Below are positions 49,801 through 63,061 of a stretch of DNA of 64,000 bases, piece after piece. The stretch is from positions 29,946,001-30,010,000 of the forward strand of contig CAIIXF020000001.1 of assembly GCA_903813345.2 (NCBI GenBank). Reading direction: 5' to 3'. The DNA comes from Owenia fusiformis. Taxonomy: Eukaryota. Under the pieces are notes generated by a model. It saw only the letters and a list, made by a program, of their open reading frames with translations, was not told the origin of the DNA and made no database searches. A program made the translations under genes and the position numbers. Each line of letters opens with the position of its first letter. Positions within the stretch are counted from its first letter, which is position 1.

Positions 49801-50925
49801 TTTGTTATTTTGTTCTTCCATGTCAAAAGGGATCCCAAGATAATCTTTTTAAGCTTTTTACAAAGACTTCGAGTCTGAAAAAAGTAGGTATACTTTTTGT
49901 CATTATATAAATTCATTTTCAATGGGATTAAGGTTGAGCCTTTAAATAGGTATGTTTACCAAGCTAATAGTTATAGTTATATATCATCCAAAAGCAGTTT
50001 TGATACACCATAATTTACGAAAACAAAATTATTATTCAGTGTCATTTTTTCAAAATTTATTCAAGACAGAAGTCTTCTTTACTGTTTTATTTACATGGAA
50101 TACAACCGTACAAATATTTGAAACATAAATGTTTGGTATTCTAATTATTATAAGTACATAATATTTGTTTGTATCACGACATAAAATCCACTTTCTGTAA
50201 CATAAAGTATTTACAATATTAAAAACATTAAATTGTTGACTCTATCATAATTTATTGAAAACATGTATTTTATAGAAATTCCCTAAAACTACATTACAAG
50301 ATTTACTGTGTGTAATGGTACAAAAAGCTGGAAAAACGTCTTTATTCACTGTCTTTTTGCAAAGTCTATTAGATTAGTAACATTTGCTTTAGTCTCTTAG
50401 TGAAGTATCTGCACCAGTTAAAATTCTCAAAAAATAAAAATTCTTATGACACATTATTCCAAAAACAGTATGCCGTGTTTATTTTTTATTGATAGATCTA
50501 AAGGAATAATAATTAGTCACCTGATAACTTTGAATAAAATGTGTTTAAAACACTTCATTAAGGAAAAAGTCACTAAAATGTTTTTATTGTAGGCAAATAA
50601 GAAATTAGCAGGTGATATTGATTTTGTCCCATTTCTTAGGGAAATTGAACAATTAGATGCCTCAGTATCAATGTAGTTTTGTCATGAAGCATTTTTCGTT
50701 AAAATTATTCATTGAATGTTCATTCATTTTATTTAATCATAGTTTAGATCCTATCCAGCTGTTGTTTATAGTTTAATAATGTTCTGAGTTTATGATATTT
50801 ATTGAATGATTGATTGATGCTGTTCATGAAGCTTTAACACAATGGACACCAAGATGTAAGGGAGTCCACCATGATTGGCCACAATATTTACAATATCTAC
50901 CTCTCAGGGAGGGAGACTGACAAGT

Positions 50926-53900
50926 CTAGTACTGGGGTCTGGCGTAGGGTTTGGCTCGCCCATATTCACCTCCCATGGCACCACCTCTTGAAGTTGGTGC
51001 TTTCATCCCACGGCCGGCCCCACTACCCCATTGGTCACCACCTAAAATATCAACAAAAGAAAGCATACAAATGTGACTAAAGGCCTTAAGTTGAAAGATT
51101 AGAAGTGTCGTGTTGAGGTTTTTTTGCCAAACTATTTTGTTGCTTTACCTTCATTAGTCAACATTACAATTGTGCAAAAATTTGCAAATGTCAATGGGAC
51201 TCATTAACTGGACTTAGGCTAAAACACTGAATCTATATATATATACAAGACAAGAAGGTTGTTATTCCAATAATGGCAGTAACTCTGGAAGTGAACAGTC
51301 ATAAAAGTGTAGTGGCAAAGGTACTTGTTACAAAGCAGAGTTAAAATGGTTCATTAAAGAGCTTCAGAATGAAGGATCTGATAACAGAGTGACCGATAGG
51401 TTTATATCCAATTGTACAAACATAAAATATGTAACTTTACAAACGTGTGCATGTAAATGTAAAGACATGTATATATGTATGTAAATGTAAATCTCCAACG
51501 ATTGAACTCACCAGCACCTCCACCACGTCCTCCTCCATATCCACCTCCACCACGTCCTCCAGACTGACCTCCAGCATATCCCCCTGCTCCGCCACCTCGG
51601 GGTCCACTAGATTGTCCACCATATCCACCAGCCCTGGCTCCACCAGACTGACCTCCAGAGTATCCCCCACGTCCTCCTGATGGGGCACCTCCATAAGCTG
51701 GTTCCTCATAGTATTGGTCTCTTCCACCACCACCTGAGCCATGACCATAGTCATATGTCTCTGTGCTACAATCAAAACGTACAGCATTTCAGTGGACTAA
51801 CAAGAATTGTTTAAATGCAACTAACTGCTTTAGAATAAAAAATAAAATCATATTATAACTTGAAAAAGTTCACGTTGTATCCCTGAATAAATTCAGCAGA
51901 TGATGAGGCCTCATGCTCAACAAAGGATTCTGATTTTCCTGCCCATAGTGGGGTTTCATTGGCAGCAGGCAACACATTATTTTCATCTGTTGTTTTCACA
52001 GTATCGCCTGTTGTTTTTAGAGACTTTGACTTTTCGATGTTAAATTTATGATTTCCATTAATTTTGCCTGTTGTGACAAATTCTAGTGAAACCCCTGCAA
52101 TCCCATTCCATTCTCTAATAAATTGGCAAATAAATTGTGAAAACATCTTACCTTGCTGATTCCCGACCATAGCCAGCTTGTTCTTGACCGCCATACCCAG
52201 CATCTCCACCATAAGAGTTATCTGCACCATAGCTCTCTTGGTAGGGCTCCTCATAGCCACCACCTCCACCCATGCTGTTGCCCTGGATAATACATGTTAT
52301 TAATCATAAGCATATGTAAAAAAACAGGCATATTATTAGTATATTGCAGAGGAAAAGAAAAATGAACATTAACCAAGAAAAACATGCTAAAAAGTATATG
52401 AAAACATATATCTGAAGCTAACATAGCTCAATATTTAACCAATTCCTTTGAGGAACTTTGAATTCTCCGTCAGGCCAGGCTCATCTGCGGCATTTTCAAG
52501 ATGATTTCAAAATAAAATGTCTAAGACCGCTGGCATTCCCACAGTCACTCATTCCAATTTAACACAATCTTAAAATTACATCGTACTTTAATATTATGGT
52601 CAAACAGCAAAACTAACAGGCAAACAAATGAACAGCACAAAATAGAACAGAATGCATGAAAGGTCAATTAAATACATCTAACTAATGTCTTACCACAGCA
52701 TCTTTTTTCTGAAAAAGGCCATTACATACAAGTCATTCACAAACAGCTCTGAAGTGGACACAATCACGTAACTGTGACTTGTAACTTTATTACTGAGACT
52801 AGTGATAAGCATGTAGAGACAGAAAAGTGAGAGATTTGACAAATGAAGTAATTCCACAAAAACATATGAAAATTATAATTGTAGAACAAATTAAAGCATG
52901 CTAAATATTTCAATGATGGCGTGGTTTGAACGATGACATTCAATATGACATTGAATGCATATAGAATGCCAAAAAGGCAAAGATAAAGATTTTTATAAGC
53001 GTAAAACAAAGAAGTGATTCAATATTTTTGAATTTAGGGGTTAACTTACATAGCCATCATCAAGTAGGGGCTCTGGTCTGCCTCTACCTACCGGTGGTCC
53101 TCCCCGGCCTCTCCCTGCTGGTGCTCCCCTCGATGGGGCTCCTCTCATGCCAGGTCCTCCACGGGGAGCTCCTCCTAGCCCACCTCTTGGTGTAGGGGCA
53201 CCACGGCTAGACATACCACCCCTAGAATAAAAGAAAAAGAATTAGTGTAAAAATTTATGGAACCATTCAGCTATAGTTTTTGTCAGAAAATGTGGGACAA
53301 CTTTATCCATCTAGACTACTTTGGTGATTTTCTCCGCATTTTTGAAAATGCATATATTAACAAGTTAATTTCTTACTTCATTCTCATTACAAGTTTCCTC
53401 TAAACAAGGTAATAAGACATATGGCAAATAATTCTATACCTTGATGGTGAGAGCATTGATCCACCTCTTCCTCCTCTAGGTGTGCCCCCTGGTGGACCGC
53501 CTCGACCCATACCGCGACCACGTCCTGCACCATCTCCATTCTGGTAACCACCACCAGCTCCGTAACCAGTATCCATACCTCCTAGGGAAGGAATGTCTGG
53601 CTGCATCTGTTCAAATGATTGCTAAAACACAAAGGTTCATCTCCAATTACTGTAAACCCTGTGTATATTGAACATAAAATTGCCAAAAAATGTTCAGTGT
53701 TGGTAGGCGTTCACTTCATAGAGGATAATTAGTCGATAAATTAGTCGATAGAGTATGTGCGGAGGGAGGGTGTCTACTAGAGACAGGTGTTTCCTCGAGA
53801 GAGGTGTTCACTAAGACAGGTTTTACTGTATTAGAGAAAATGAATCTATTGCCATCTAAAACTGAATGAAAAATGTGTTTTTCTCAGACTTTAATTTTGG

Positions 53901-56900
53901 AATTCATCCTTTCGTTCACCAGCCTACCAGAATTTTTCAAGGTTTGATATTTTCGGAAAAAGTTTGTTTCTTAGTTTATTGACAGTGTAAATTACATACC
54001 ATTATGAATGAAACATATCAAAGGGCTATTATGGATAAGGGTAACCGCCACTGACCCTTTAGTAATTCCCAACCTTTTTTGAAAGAAGGTGGGGAAATAC
54101 AGGGGATTGTATGTATGTCCTTGAAAGGCCCAGACTACATGATCATTATATTATGATAGCAAATAAAATACAGTACGAAATGTATTACTCACTGGATCTA
54201 AATATTTTTTGGCTTCCTCAATTCCAGATGCAATTCGTTTATATGCTTCATCTGCTGGATAGAAGGCTTCTATGTGTAAATGGAGATCACCACTGAGATG
54301 TGCATGCTTCCCTCCCTCTTTACGTAGTTCCTCTTCCTACAAAGTCAAACAGTAATTATAAATGTCTAACTTTTCATTTTCATTATCTTAACTTCTGTTG
54401 TTTAAAAATCAAATTTAATTTAGTTACCTTTGCTTTGTCTCGCATAGAACCTTTGCCATATATGTACATTTTGGTTCCTGTATTTGTTTGCATGTCTTTC
54501 ATGGTCTGTCCTTTGGGTCCCAGTAGTTTTCCAACAAAATTTAACTGAAAACAAGAATATGTTGAACTTTTAGGAAAACAAGCATATGAAGAACCTTTAT
54601 TAAAAGTGCTAGCATTCTGAAAGCAGAACAAAATAAAAACTTGTTATTCTTGATTTAGGCCTATTACATAAATATACATTTCACTCTTAGTTATTAGTTC
54701 ATAATGGATACTAGATTAAAATTTAAATTACAATTTTGGTGTAAAAGTACACTTACTTTTGGGAATTCTCTGTTTGGAATACGAATTTTACATGAAACTT
54801 TGACAGGTCCGCCAGTGTGAACATCAATCATGGGTTCTGGCTTAACTTCAACTTGATTTTTTGGTTTCCCTGATTTTACCCTCTCAAGTTCTGAAATGCA
54901 AAAAAACTTAAGAGTGGGTGTGGTACATCGATTACCTACCGATACATATTTTCAGTTCAGTAGTTTCCCCATTCAATTTCTTCTTGTTTTAATGTGTCTT
55001 CAGGTTATGGTCTAATTAGGCCTCCCATCATTAGTCCGAATGTCCACTTTTCAGTCAAAATGAAAGTTCAACATCCGAGTCAAGAGTCGACAACAATCCC
55101 ATCATATCAACTAAATTGATTTCCACTTCCGGGCGATAATAAGTGATTTCTCACTTGCCTTTCACAGTGTGCAGGTGAATATGGATGTATGATTTCAAAT
55201 GAAAATGTCTATGATAATCATTACTGTGGAGAGGCAGTTATTTTTGCAGACTAATGGCTTTAATTCACCAAAGTCACATAATATGGTCGTAAATTCACAT
55301 GTTTCATTCTGTTTTCAAAGTTTTTGAGAGTGACCTAATTTTGTCATATAATCAAATGTCAGTATGTCATGATGCGTCATCCAATTACCACAAACAATCA
55401 TGGGAAAGATTTCCTCATTCTATGTTCTTATAAATGGCTGACGTGTGGAAATCGTTTGGGTTCATGACCAGGGCACGACTCCAAGGTTATTCAATGAACG
55501 ATAATTGTTGTTATTCTTGTTTCGTTTATTGGTACACATGTTTGCGCAACAGTATTCATTTAATTAGGCAATTATTCACTATTTCATTCACTCTGCAAAA
55601 CTGGAAGATGTAGACAATGTGGGAAAGAGTTTGTATTTGAAAAGTAATATGTGATTCTATTGAGGATTGCATCAAAATTATGAACATACAGAAAAACCTT
55701 ACTGCTGGCTACTGAAATGATTTCTTTGGATCTTTTTCATTTGCCTTGTTTTAGGCTCATCTACAGCCCATTTCACTGTTTTATTACAAGTAGAACCCCA
55801 AATATAAGAAATCAGGAGACCTTTGTGCAATAATATATGGAAAAGTATATTCATATTGTACATGAATGACATTTGTATATTTCAAATTATTTAGCTTTTT
55901 GTGCAATAAGCCTGTGCCCTCCTGTAATTTAGAGAATTTCAGCCATATAAATCTTTTTGAAAATACTATGGCAGAGAAGCATCAAAGTGTAAGAGGCTAC
56001 ACACTTTATTAGGCAAACTAGAAGCAATCCAAAATAAACATTCATGTACAATAGGAACATATTATTCCATATATGATCATATCATTTCTTATTTTTTAGG
56101 TTTTACTGACGAAATAAAAAAGTGAAATGGGCTGTAGTAAACCATCCATTGTCTCAATAAATCCGAAAAATTAAGGAACCAAAATGGTTCAAAACATTTA
56201 AAATTTTACCCTCGCGTTACTATATTTTCACATAGCCATCTTAAGATAGATGGCTATGCATATGTTGATATTCCCAGCACATGTTAAAGGTCTTTTACAA
56301 AAATGTAAGAAATCTTGGAAACATTTACCCGACTTCAATCGATGCATAACATTCTAAAGAATCGTTTTCTTAACCATATCGGGCTATCTGGAGTCGGAGA
56401 CGGTGTAATTGACGAAAAATGTATTTGGAACTTGTTATTTTCCATGTCGTCTTACCAGGAAGTCTTGCCAATGTGCATGCGTGTAACCGGAAGCGGAAAT
56501 CTCATGACATGGAAGCGCATGCGCATTACCCAACTTCCTGAGCCATCTTGAAAATTATCAACTCTTCAACATTTTTCGTCAATTACACTGTCTCCCGACT
56601 CCAGCTAGAGTTCTACGATTATTACAACAATACTTTATGATGTTATCCATCGATTAAAGAAGTGTAAGTGTTCCCATGATTTCTTACATTTTTGTAAAAG
56701 ACCTGTAAATGGACTGGGTATATCAAGATATCCAAAGCTATCTCTCAGGAGATAAGTTTGTGCAAACTAAGTAAACCTCGCGTATGCCTGGTTATGCACC
56801 TGACACCAGTGCAGTATCATATGGAAAAACATTACTTCCTGCGAAAGCTATGTGGATTTTGATATAATAGCTTTCCCATGGTGCACTTGGACAACTGAAT

Positions 56901-57904
56901 AATAGTGACCTTTGAAACACGAATTAAGTCGATCAGCGGCTTACTTTTGGTCTCTAACTGTGTCTTACATCAGTATCATCAATTTGTGCAAGTATTGGAG
57001 CGCTGAAATACTTCTTTTTCTATCAAAACTTGTAAATTGTTCGAGTGAATGTTTTTTCGACCCATTTCCAATATGGCGGTTTGCTAGGAGCGAGATACGC
57101 AACGAACGAAATGCATTTTGAGAATGAGTTAGGTTCGGACGACCTCCGGATATTTACGAAAATGTCCCAGCAGAAAACACCATATTGGAATTTGGCAGAA
57201 AAAACATTTCACTCGACTAACAATTACAAGTCTTGATCAAAAAGGAAGTACTTCTGCGCTCCAATACTTGCACGGAAGGATGATAATTATGTATGACATA
57301 GTTAGAGAACAAAAGTAAGCTGCTGATCGACTTAATTCGTGTTGCAAAGTTCACTATTATTCAGCTGTCCATTTCTTTGTTCGAGAGCCATAAGTTTCAA
57401 AATCTAACATGGCTCTCGAAGTGAGTAAGAAAAACACATTTGTATTTTACATGTAAAACGTTTGTATATTTCTGCTATTTATGTGCAATAAACCTGTGGC
57501 CTAATTTCGAAAGTTTCTTTCAGCCATGATGTCAAATGTTATCTTTTGAAAATTACATAAAACTGCAATGTATACATTACTACAATGTTACAATATTCAT
57601 CGGCATATGTACAAAAAATAAGCAAGCAATTTGGTTTCACTGTAGCATGATTGTAGGCATGATATTGGAGGGAAAACCCGGCTAATAAATTAAATGAATC
57701 ACTCCACCACGCCATTTTTTGTCTTGATTTTCGGCGTCAAATGTTTAAGTATTTGGAAGAGTATTTTATCCATTTTTAGTTTTAAAACATCACTATATAC
57801 TTACCCTCTGAGATTAGCTTAGATGCATGTACAAATGAGGGATCTAGATTGTCTTTTTCAGCTTGTAACTGTGGGAGCACGCTTTCTTTGTCAGTGGCAG
57901 CCAT
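50926..57904 (-). CDS. KHDRBS: KH domain-containing RNA-binding STAR protein (Sam68/KHDRBS-like), ~449 aa
   Basis: Exons 57904-57805, 54890-54757, 54544-54428, 54336-54193, 53621-53440, 53221-53050, 52282-52152, 51765-51512, 51041-50926. Qua1-like [27 protein letters not shown] domain [14 protein letters not shown]...GKGSMRD; RG-rich and Tyr-rich tail (ETYDYGHG); C-terminal [10 protein letters not shown] resembling a PY-NLS. Confidence 0.95.
56200..56780. repeat. Long imperfect palindrome (foldback element) in KHDRBS intron 1
   Basis: aggtcttttacaaaaatgtaagaaatc (~56288) / gatttcttacatttttgtaaaagacct (~56678), with further matched arms toward a centre near 56490. Confidence 0.75.
56832..57428. 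mobile_element. hAT-like MITE (TTACT...AGTAA family) with long internal inverted arms
   Basis: TSD GAAAAACA at 56824-56831 and 57429-57436; internal ~130-bp IR at 56888-57020 / 57240-57371. Confidence 0.85.
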
Positions 57905-58135
57905 TTTGGATAACTTTGTAACAGGTGTAAATTTCGGATATCGGAATAGGGACCATAACACTGGCACTCCATTTGACATTTATGGTAGATCATTCATAAT
58001 TTAGCTATGACACAATTTCACGTAGAGTTCAATTAGTCAACATATAATTCTAGGGAATCGACACTAAGGCTAGCTCAATGACACCTCGAACTCAAATTTA
58101 ACATCACTGCTAGATTATCCAAAATCAACAGTCCA

Positions 58136-58210
58136 CCCGCTATGGCTCAGTGGCAGAGTCGAGGTTACCAATATCGCTTGGCCCCGGGTTCAATTCCCAA
58201 TTCAGACAAG
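58136..58210 (+). mobile_element. tRNA-derived SINE head or tRNA pseudogene
   Basis: A-box-like tggctcagtggcagag and B-box gggttcaattccc, but no complete cloverleaf. Confidence 0.55.
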
Positions 58211-58372
58211 TTTGTTTTGGAATAATTACCCGCAATGCAACATTCGAAGAGAACATTTTGATACCTCTTTTTCTAGATTCTTATTGATCTTTTTATTTAA
58301 TTTTATGTTTTGTTAAACATGTCTTATGCTTTACAATTCAAAATTGATTTTTCTTCAAAATAATACTAAAAC

Positions 58373-58495
58373 CATGGGCTTTAAAGAGATAAAACTCTTC
58401 GAAATATTATCAAAAAAGGGAAGCATGGCGCTGTTCGTTTTGAAGTTCTCATGTTTATAACACAGAGTTGCATACCCCTCTCTTGAAAGCCCATG
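58373..58495. mobile_element. 123-bp deletion derivative of the 18317-18858 MITE family
   Basis: catgggcttt...aaagcccatg ends; interior matches 18317-18420 in reverse complement. Confidence 0.7.
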
Positions 58496-60926
58496 GTTAA
58501 AAGTTGTATTTGATTATCAAAATGTTTTTGACACCTTTTCAAAGCCTCAATTCAGCATGTTGCCGTGTATGTATAATACTTTTCATTAATTGTACATTTA
58601 GAGGGGATATTCATCTTTCATTCCATATGAAGAAAATGTAAATTTATGAAATATTGACAGAGTGGTAGCTGTTACAATGACCCCTACTTTTAGCAATTTT
58701 CAGAACGTTTTGTACAGTGTATTTAATGAGGAACCCACCTTAAATCAAATACAATAACAGTACAGTTTTTGGGCTTATTATCTGAAAGCATAATGCATTT
58801 TTATTATCATATATTAATATGAAAACGGGAATATGAAGAATCAATTTCAATATGATAGAACGCTTATTATGCCCTAGTTAGGTTTCATTTTGTATATAAA
58901 TGTAAAATAATTTGGGAAATCCACTAAGAATAGGGAGGTTTCTCCAAATATATCGTTGTTACGGAAATGACGTCACATTGCATTGGATTTCCACAAGAGC
59001 GGGCTACGAGTATAACGTCATCAATATATGTTGGATGATACGGAGACAATCATTGAGACATTTGTTTAGGGGGATTCCTGACAACGGCCAAACATTTTCA
59101 CTTTCGTTATTAGAGCTTTTTGACATTTAATTAGAAACTGAAAGTGCATTTTTTAGATTTAGTTATCGAAAAGGAATCAAATTGATGAATATCCCCAAAA
59201 AGTCATATTTAATGTTTTTCTAAGGCCTAGATAGTTATATACATTCTTTAAATTACATATGACATATGAAAGTCCAACAGTTAATGTATGTGTATTTCAT
59301 GGTTTAATGAATGTATATTTAGCAGTCATGTCCCTATCATTGAATATATGCCTGAGGTCTGTCATCAATATAGCTCGAGCTTGCAAGGGTTATAATACGA
59401 CAGACCGAAGCTTGAAAAAAGACCAAAATTTTCCACGATTCCAGTCATAATCACTTTGTTTACATGTTATGACGTCATAAAGTTGTCATGGTAATAAAGT
59501 TTGGCGGCTATACAGGAATATATAGCTGACCTTCGGCTCCATTGACTTCCATACAAATGCTTTGCTAGGTATGTAATACAGATAAAAAAACATTGAAAAT
59601 GACGTCCTGAGGCATATTGTTAATAATCCTAATACCTATTCATTACTAAATGCAATAAATGCCTTTTCTACTCAAAAGTCAGCGTGCTCTAATACCAAAT
59701 TTGAAAGTGTTAGGACGTTGGTAGAGATTCCTCAAAATAAATGTCACATGATTCTCCATACCAGCCAAAACATATCGATGCCATAGTACTTGTAGTATGA
59801 TCTTGTTATGTAGGAGTAGGGAAAACCCCAGAGCTTTGAGATGACAGACATAATTAGAACTCTAGCTTAACACCTTTGTCTGTCAGAATTTCGGAAAACC
59901 ACAAATTGTTGTGACGTTTTATTCAACGTTAGTATATTCCCTACATCTTTGTCCATCTTGATGTGAAATAACAGGCTATGATATTGACGCCAGAAATTAA
60001 CATGATTTTATTCGAAGCGTTGTCTGTCGCTTTGACCAATCAGCAATGATGTCTTCTCAATACACATTTACGTTAGACGTTTTCTCTGAACGTTGGGGTA
60101 TTCCCCCTCTTGCTCCTGTAGAAATCCAAGGTAATTTTTGTGACATCATTTCCCTAACAATGATAGTCGGAGAAACACTTACAAGGTTGTCATTTTACCC
60201 CTCAGTATCAAAAGTCTGTTATACCAGTATGTTATAATTTGGGGTATCCGAGAAAATGGAAATGTTAAATGGAGTTCTTTCAATGATCAATAGAGGCCCC
60301 TTTAGAGAGTCTGCGTTGAGGTAATTCACCTTGTAGTAAACATACTCAATCTATATTCTGATTAATTAGTGTTCGTTTGAAACAAACCACAGCAAAGTTT
60401 TTTAGTTCATAAACATTTTCCTATTATGTGGCCTTCCACCACTCGTCGATTTTCAGATTGATTTTCCTATGATCCGATATTTACATCACACAGGAAACTG
60501 TCACTTCCCAAAATTCCAGCCTCATTAGGCGTTGAGACGATTTAGTCTCATTACATAGGAATTCGCGAAAGAAAAGGTAAGATGTTGTTGTATTCTTTAA
60601 ATAAGGTATGGATGGTTCATATTATGGTCTAAGTGAGTTTAAATGTCGCCGTCTTCCACATTAAATTGTCCTGGAATGACACTATTTTTTAAAAAAAATC
60701 CAAATAAATTGATTTCCCACACACATTTCAAAAACAGAACTGCCAGATTTAATATTCTCTAGAAATGTAACTGTTTCCAGAAATTGGATTGCATTTCAGT
60801 CTTGATGGTTCGATTGAGGACATCAAACAGAACTGGCACATGCTTTCCGCTTGTGGAAAGGGTTAATTTCAGGTCGGGACATAAATTCCTTAGGGCTCCT
60901 TAGATCTACAACTATCTACAGTAGAC

Positions 60927-60985
60927 TTACTTCCTGCGAAAGCTATTTGGATTTCAAAATCTAACATGGCTCTCGAAGTGAGTAA
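60927..60985. mobile_element. 59-bp minimal member of the TTACT...AGTAA hAT-like MITE family
   Basis: Consists only of the two ends of the 56832-57428 element; TSD CAGTAGAC at 60919-60926 and 60986-60993. Confidence 0.8.
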
Positions 60986-61271
60986 CAGTAGACTAGTCAT
61001 ATAAATCCGACCATTGTATGCTGTTCTTCGATGCAAAGTCATCACCATCAATCTACCTTTAGTAATAGAAGAGAAAAGTCCGCAAGCTCTTTGGAAATAT
61101 AAACACTTCCGGTAAATATTCTGACATTTATCCTTCAAACTGTGACATTTATGCTTATATTTCGACATATATATGATTCTTACATACCAATACGATCAAA
61201 AAGGTTACTAACATACCAAATGAAAGGTGATTTCCTGGTCAAACTTGCAAAAGTTGGTCCAAACTCACACT

Positions 61272-63061
61272 CGATCCCTCCACTCCCTCCAATACGCATG
61301 TGCAGCGATGTTAAAAATAAGGCAGTGACTGGAGAGCCTACATTTTAAGGTTCTTTAGCACTTCGGCCAAAGAGCCTTAAAGGTAATGTATGTACAAGCC
61401 ATTCTAGTATATTAAAATGGTATAGAGATAATATGTTATGAAGCATCAGATTTTGGATTATATGTACAGATAAAAGAAAATTGTTTCTACAGTATAATGG
61501 TAAGGATATTTCATGTGCAACTTGGATTAAGGCATTTAAGTGCAAAGTAGATACCAAAAGAAGTTTTAATAACCAGGAGGGAAATACAAATTTTCAATAG
61601 AGACAAAACTGGAAGTATACATGCATATTTTGAAAATGAAAAACTGTACAGAAATTAAACAATGTAACTGGGTCTATGTATAATTATATTATTTACATAT
61701 GTTTTATTATTGAAATATAGATTTTACAAAAAGAAAACACACTCTAGTTTTGTGGTTATGGCGTTCGCCTAATACTCCCACGGCGCAGGTTCGATTCCAT
61801 ATTGGTACAATTTTTTTCATTATGAAGTTTGTTCTCTGAGGTCCGGATATTATGTACACAATTTTTTAAAAATTCATGGGCTCGCTCCAACGCTCAACCA
61901 TCCATGTTTAATGAAATTAATCACTTGTATTGGCTTTACTATATTCACAAGCTTACAGCATACGGGGAATCCCATTTGAAGGTGGCAAAAAGTATGAAGG
62001 AGACTTTGGGATGAAGAAAATGATCTTGTTGAATTCTAGATACAGCACATCATGATGCAGTTTATCGGGAATGTAGGGATACCAGCCCGGGGACATCAGA
62101 GAATACACTTCCAAATCTATTGCCTATTAGATTCCCATGCCGATTTTTAGGATTTTCAAATGACAAGAGGCACAAAATATTTTTTTAATTTTTTGCAAAA
62201 ACTTCCCCTTCAAAAGTCCTTCATTTGTATCAACGTTTTTTTAAGCTAGCCTCCAATTGGGCATCACTAAATGTGACCTCAACACCATTCTCCCAAGGGC
62301 CTATTCTAAACATCAAAATCTTTACTGATTAGTAAAATTGAACAAGTATATGACTGCTCCAAGTTGCCGCACCACGAAGGTTACTGAACCTTTAAAAAGC
62401 CAAATTTAGACTGAGGATTGAAAAGGTTCTAAGAACTTTTTTTTGGTAGACCGGAAGTAAATTTACGAGTCGAGTAAAAAGTGATAATGTTCTTTTTATG
62501 AAGTGGGGAAGTCAAAACAGTTCTTATAGGAAGTCAAAGTAAGCATTCAAGGATCATTTAGAAGCATTTAAAATCAAATCCACTGCAAAAGTGAAATGAA
62601 TAAAATCGTTGTATGTTTCCTTCTTCGTTTTCTTCGCGGACCTCAGAGAAGACACTTCCGGTTTAATAATCGGTGAGTTTATCGATCAAAAAATATATTT
62701 TTATGAATATCTCCGGTATCTGCTTAAATATAGTATGTTAATTTGTGTTGATTGTTAAATTACAAAACAGGTTGAGTAAAAATATGTCAAAATCGTTTGA
62801 TCTCGTCCCAGAAGCAATATTTTGTCATTTCCGTCACTTAGAATTCCTTTAAGGCTGGCTCTCTAGCAAAATTGGCAATCAAAATGCTAAAGACCCTATT
62901 TAAGGCTTTCTAGCCGAAATGCCAAAGAACCTTAAAATTTAAGGCTCTTTAGCCAAATGGGTTACCAAAATGCTAAAGAGCCTAAAATTTTAGGCTCTCC
63001 AGTCACTGCCTTATTTTTTACATCGGGCTGCGCATGCGTATTGGAGAGAGTGGATGGATCG
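61272..63061. mobile_element. ~1.8-kb segment bounded by ~110-bp inverted repeats
   Basis: ctccaatacgcatg..aaaaataaggcagtgactggagagccta / taggctctccagtcactgccttattttt..catgcgtattggag; no transposase ORF inside. Confidence 0.7.
61744..61810 (+). mobile_element. Degenerate tRNA-derived SINE head
   Basis: gtggtta...gcaggttcgattcc B-box; stems incomplete. Confidence 0.35.

Noticed and set aside
58136..58210. Functional tRNA gene
   Set aside because: A and B boxes are present but the acceptor and anticodon stems do not pair; treated as a SINE head or pseudogene.
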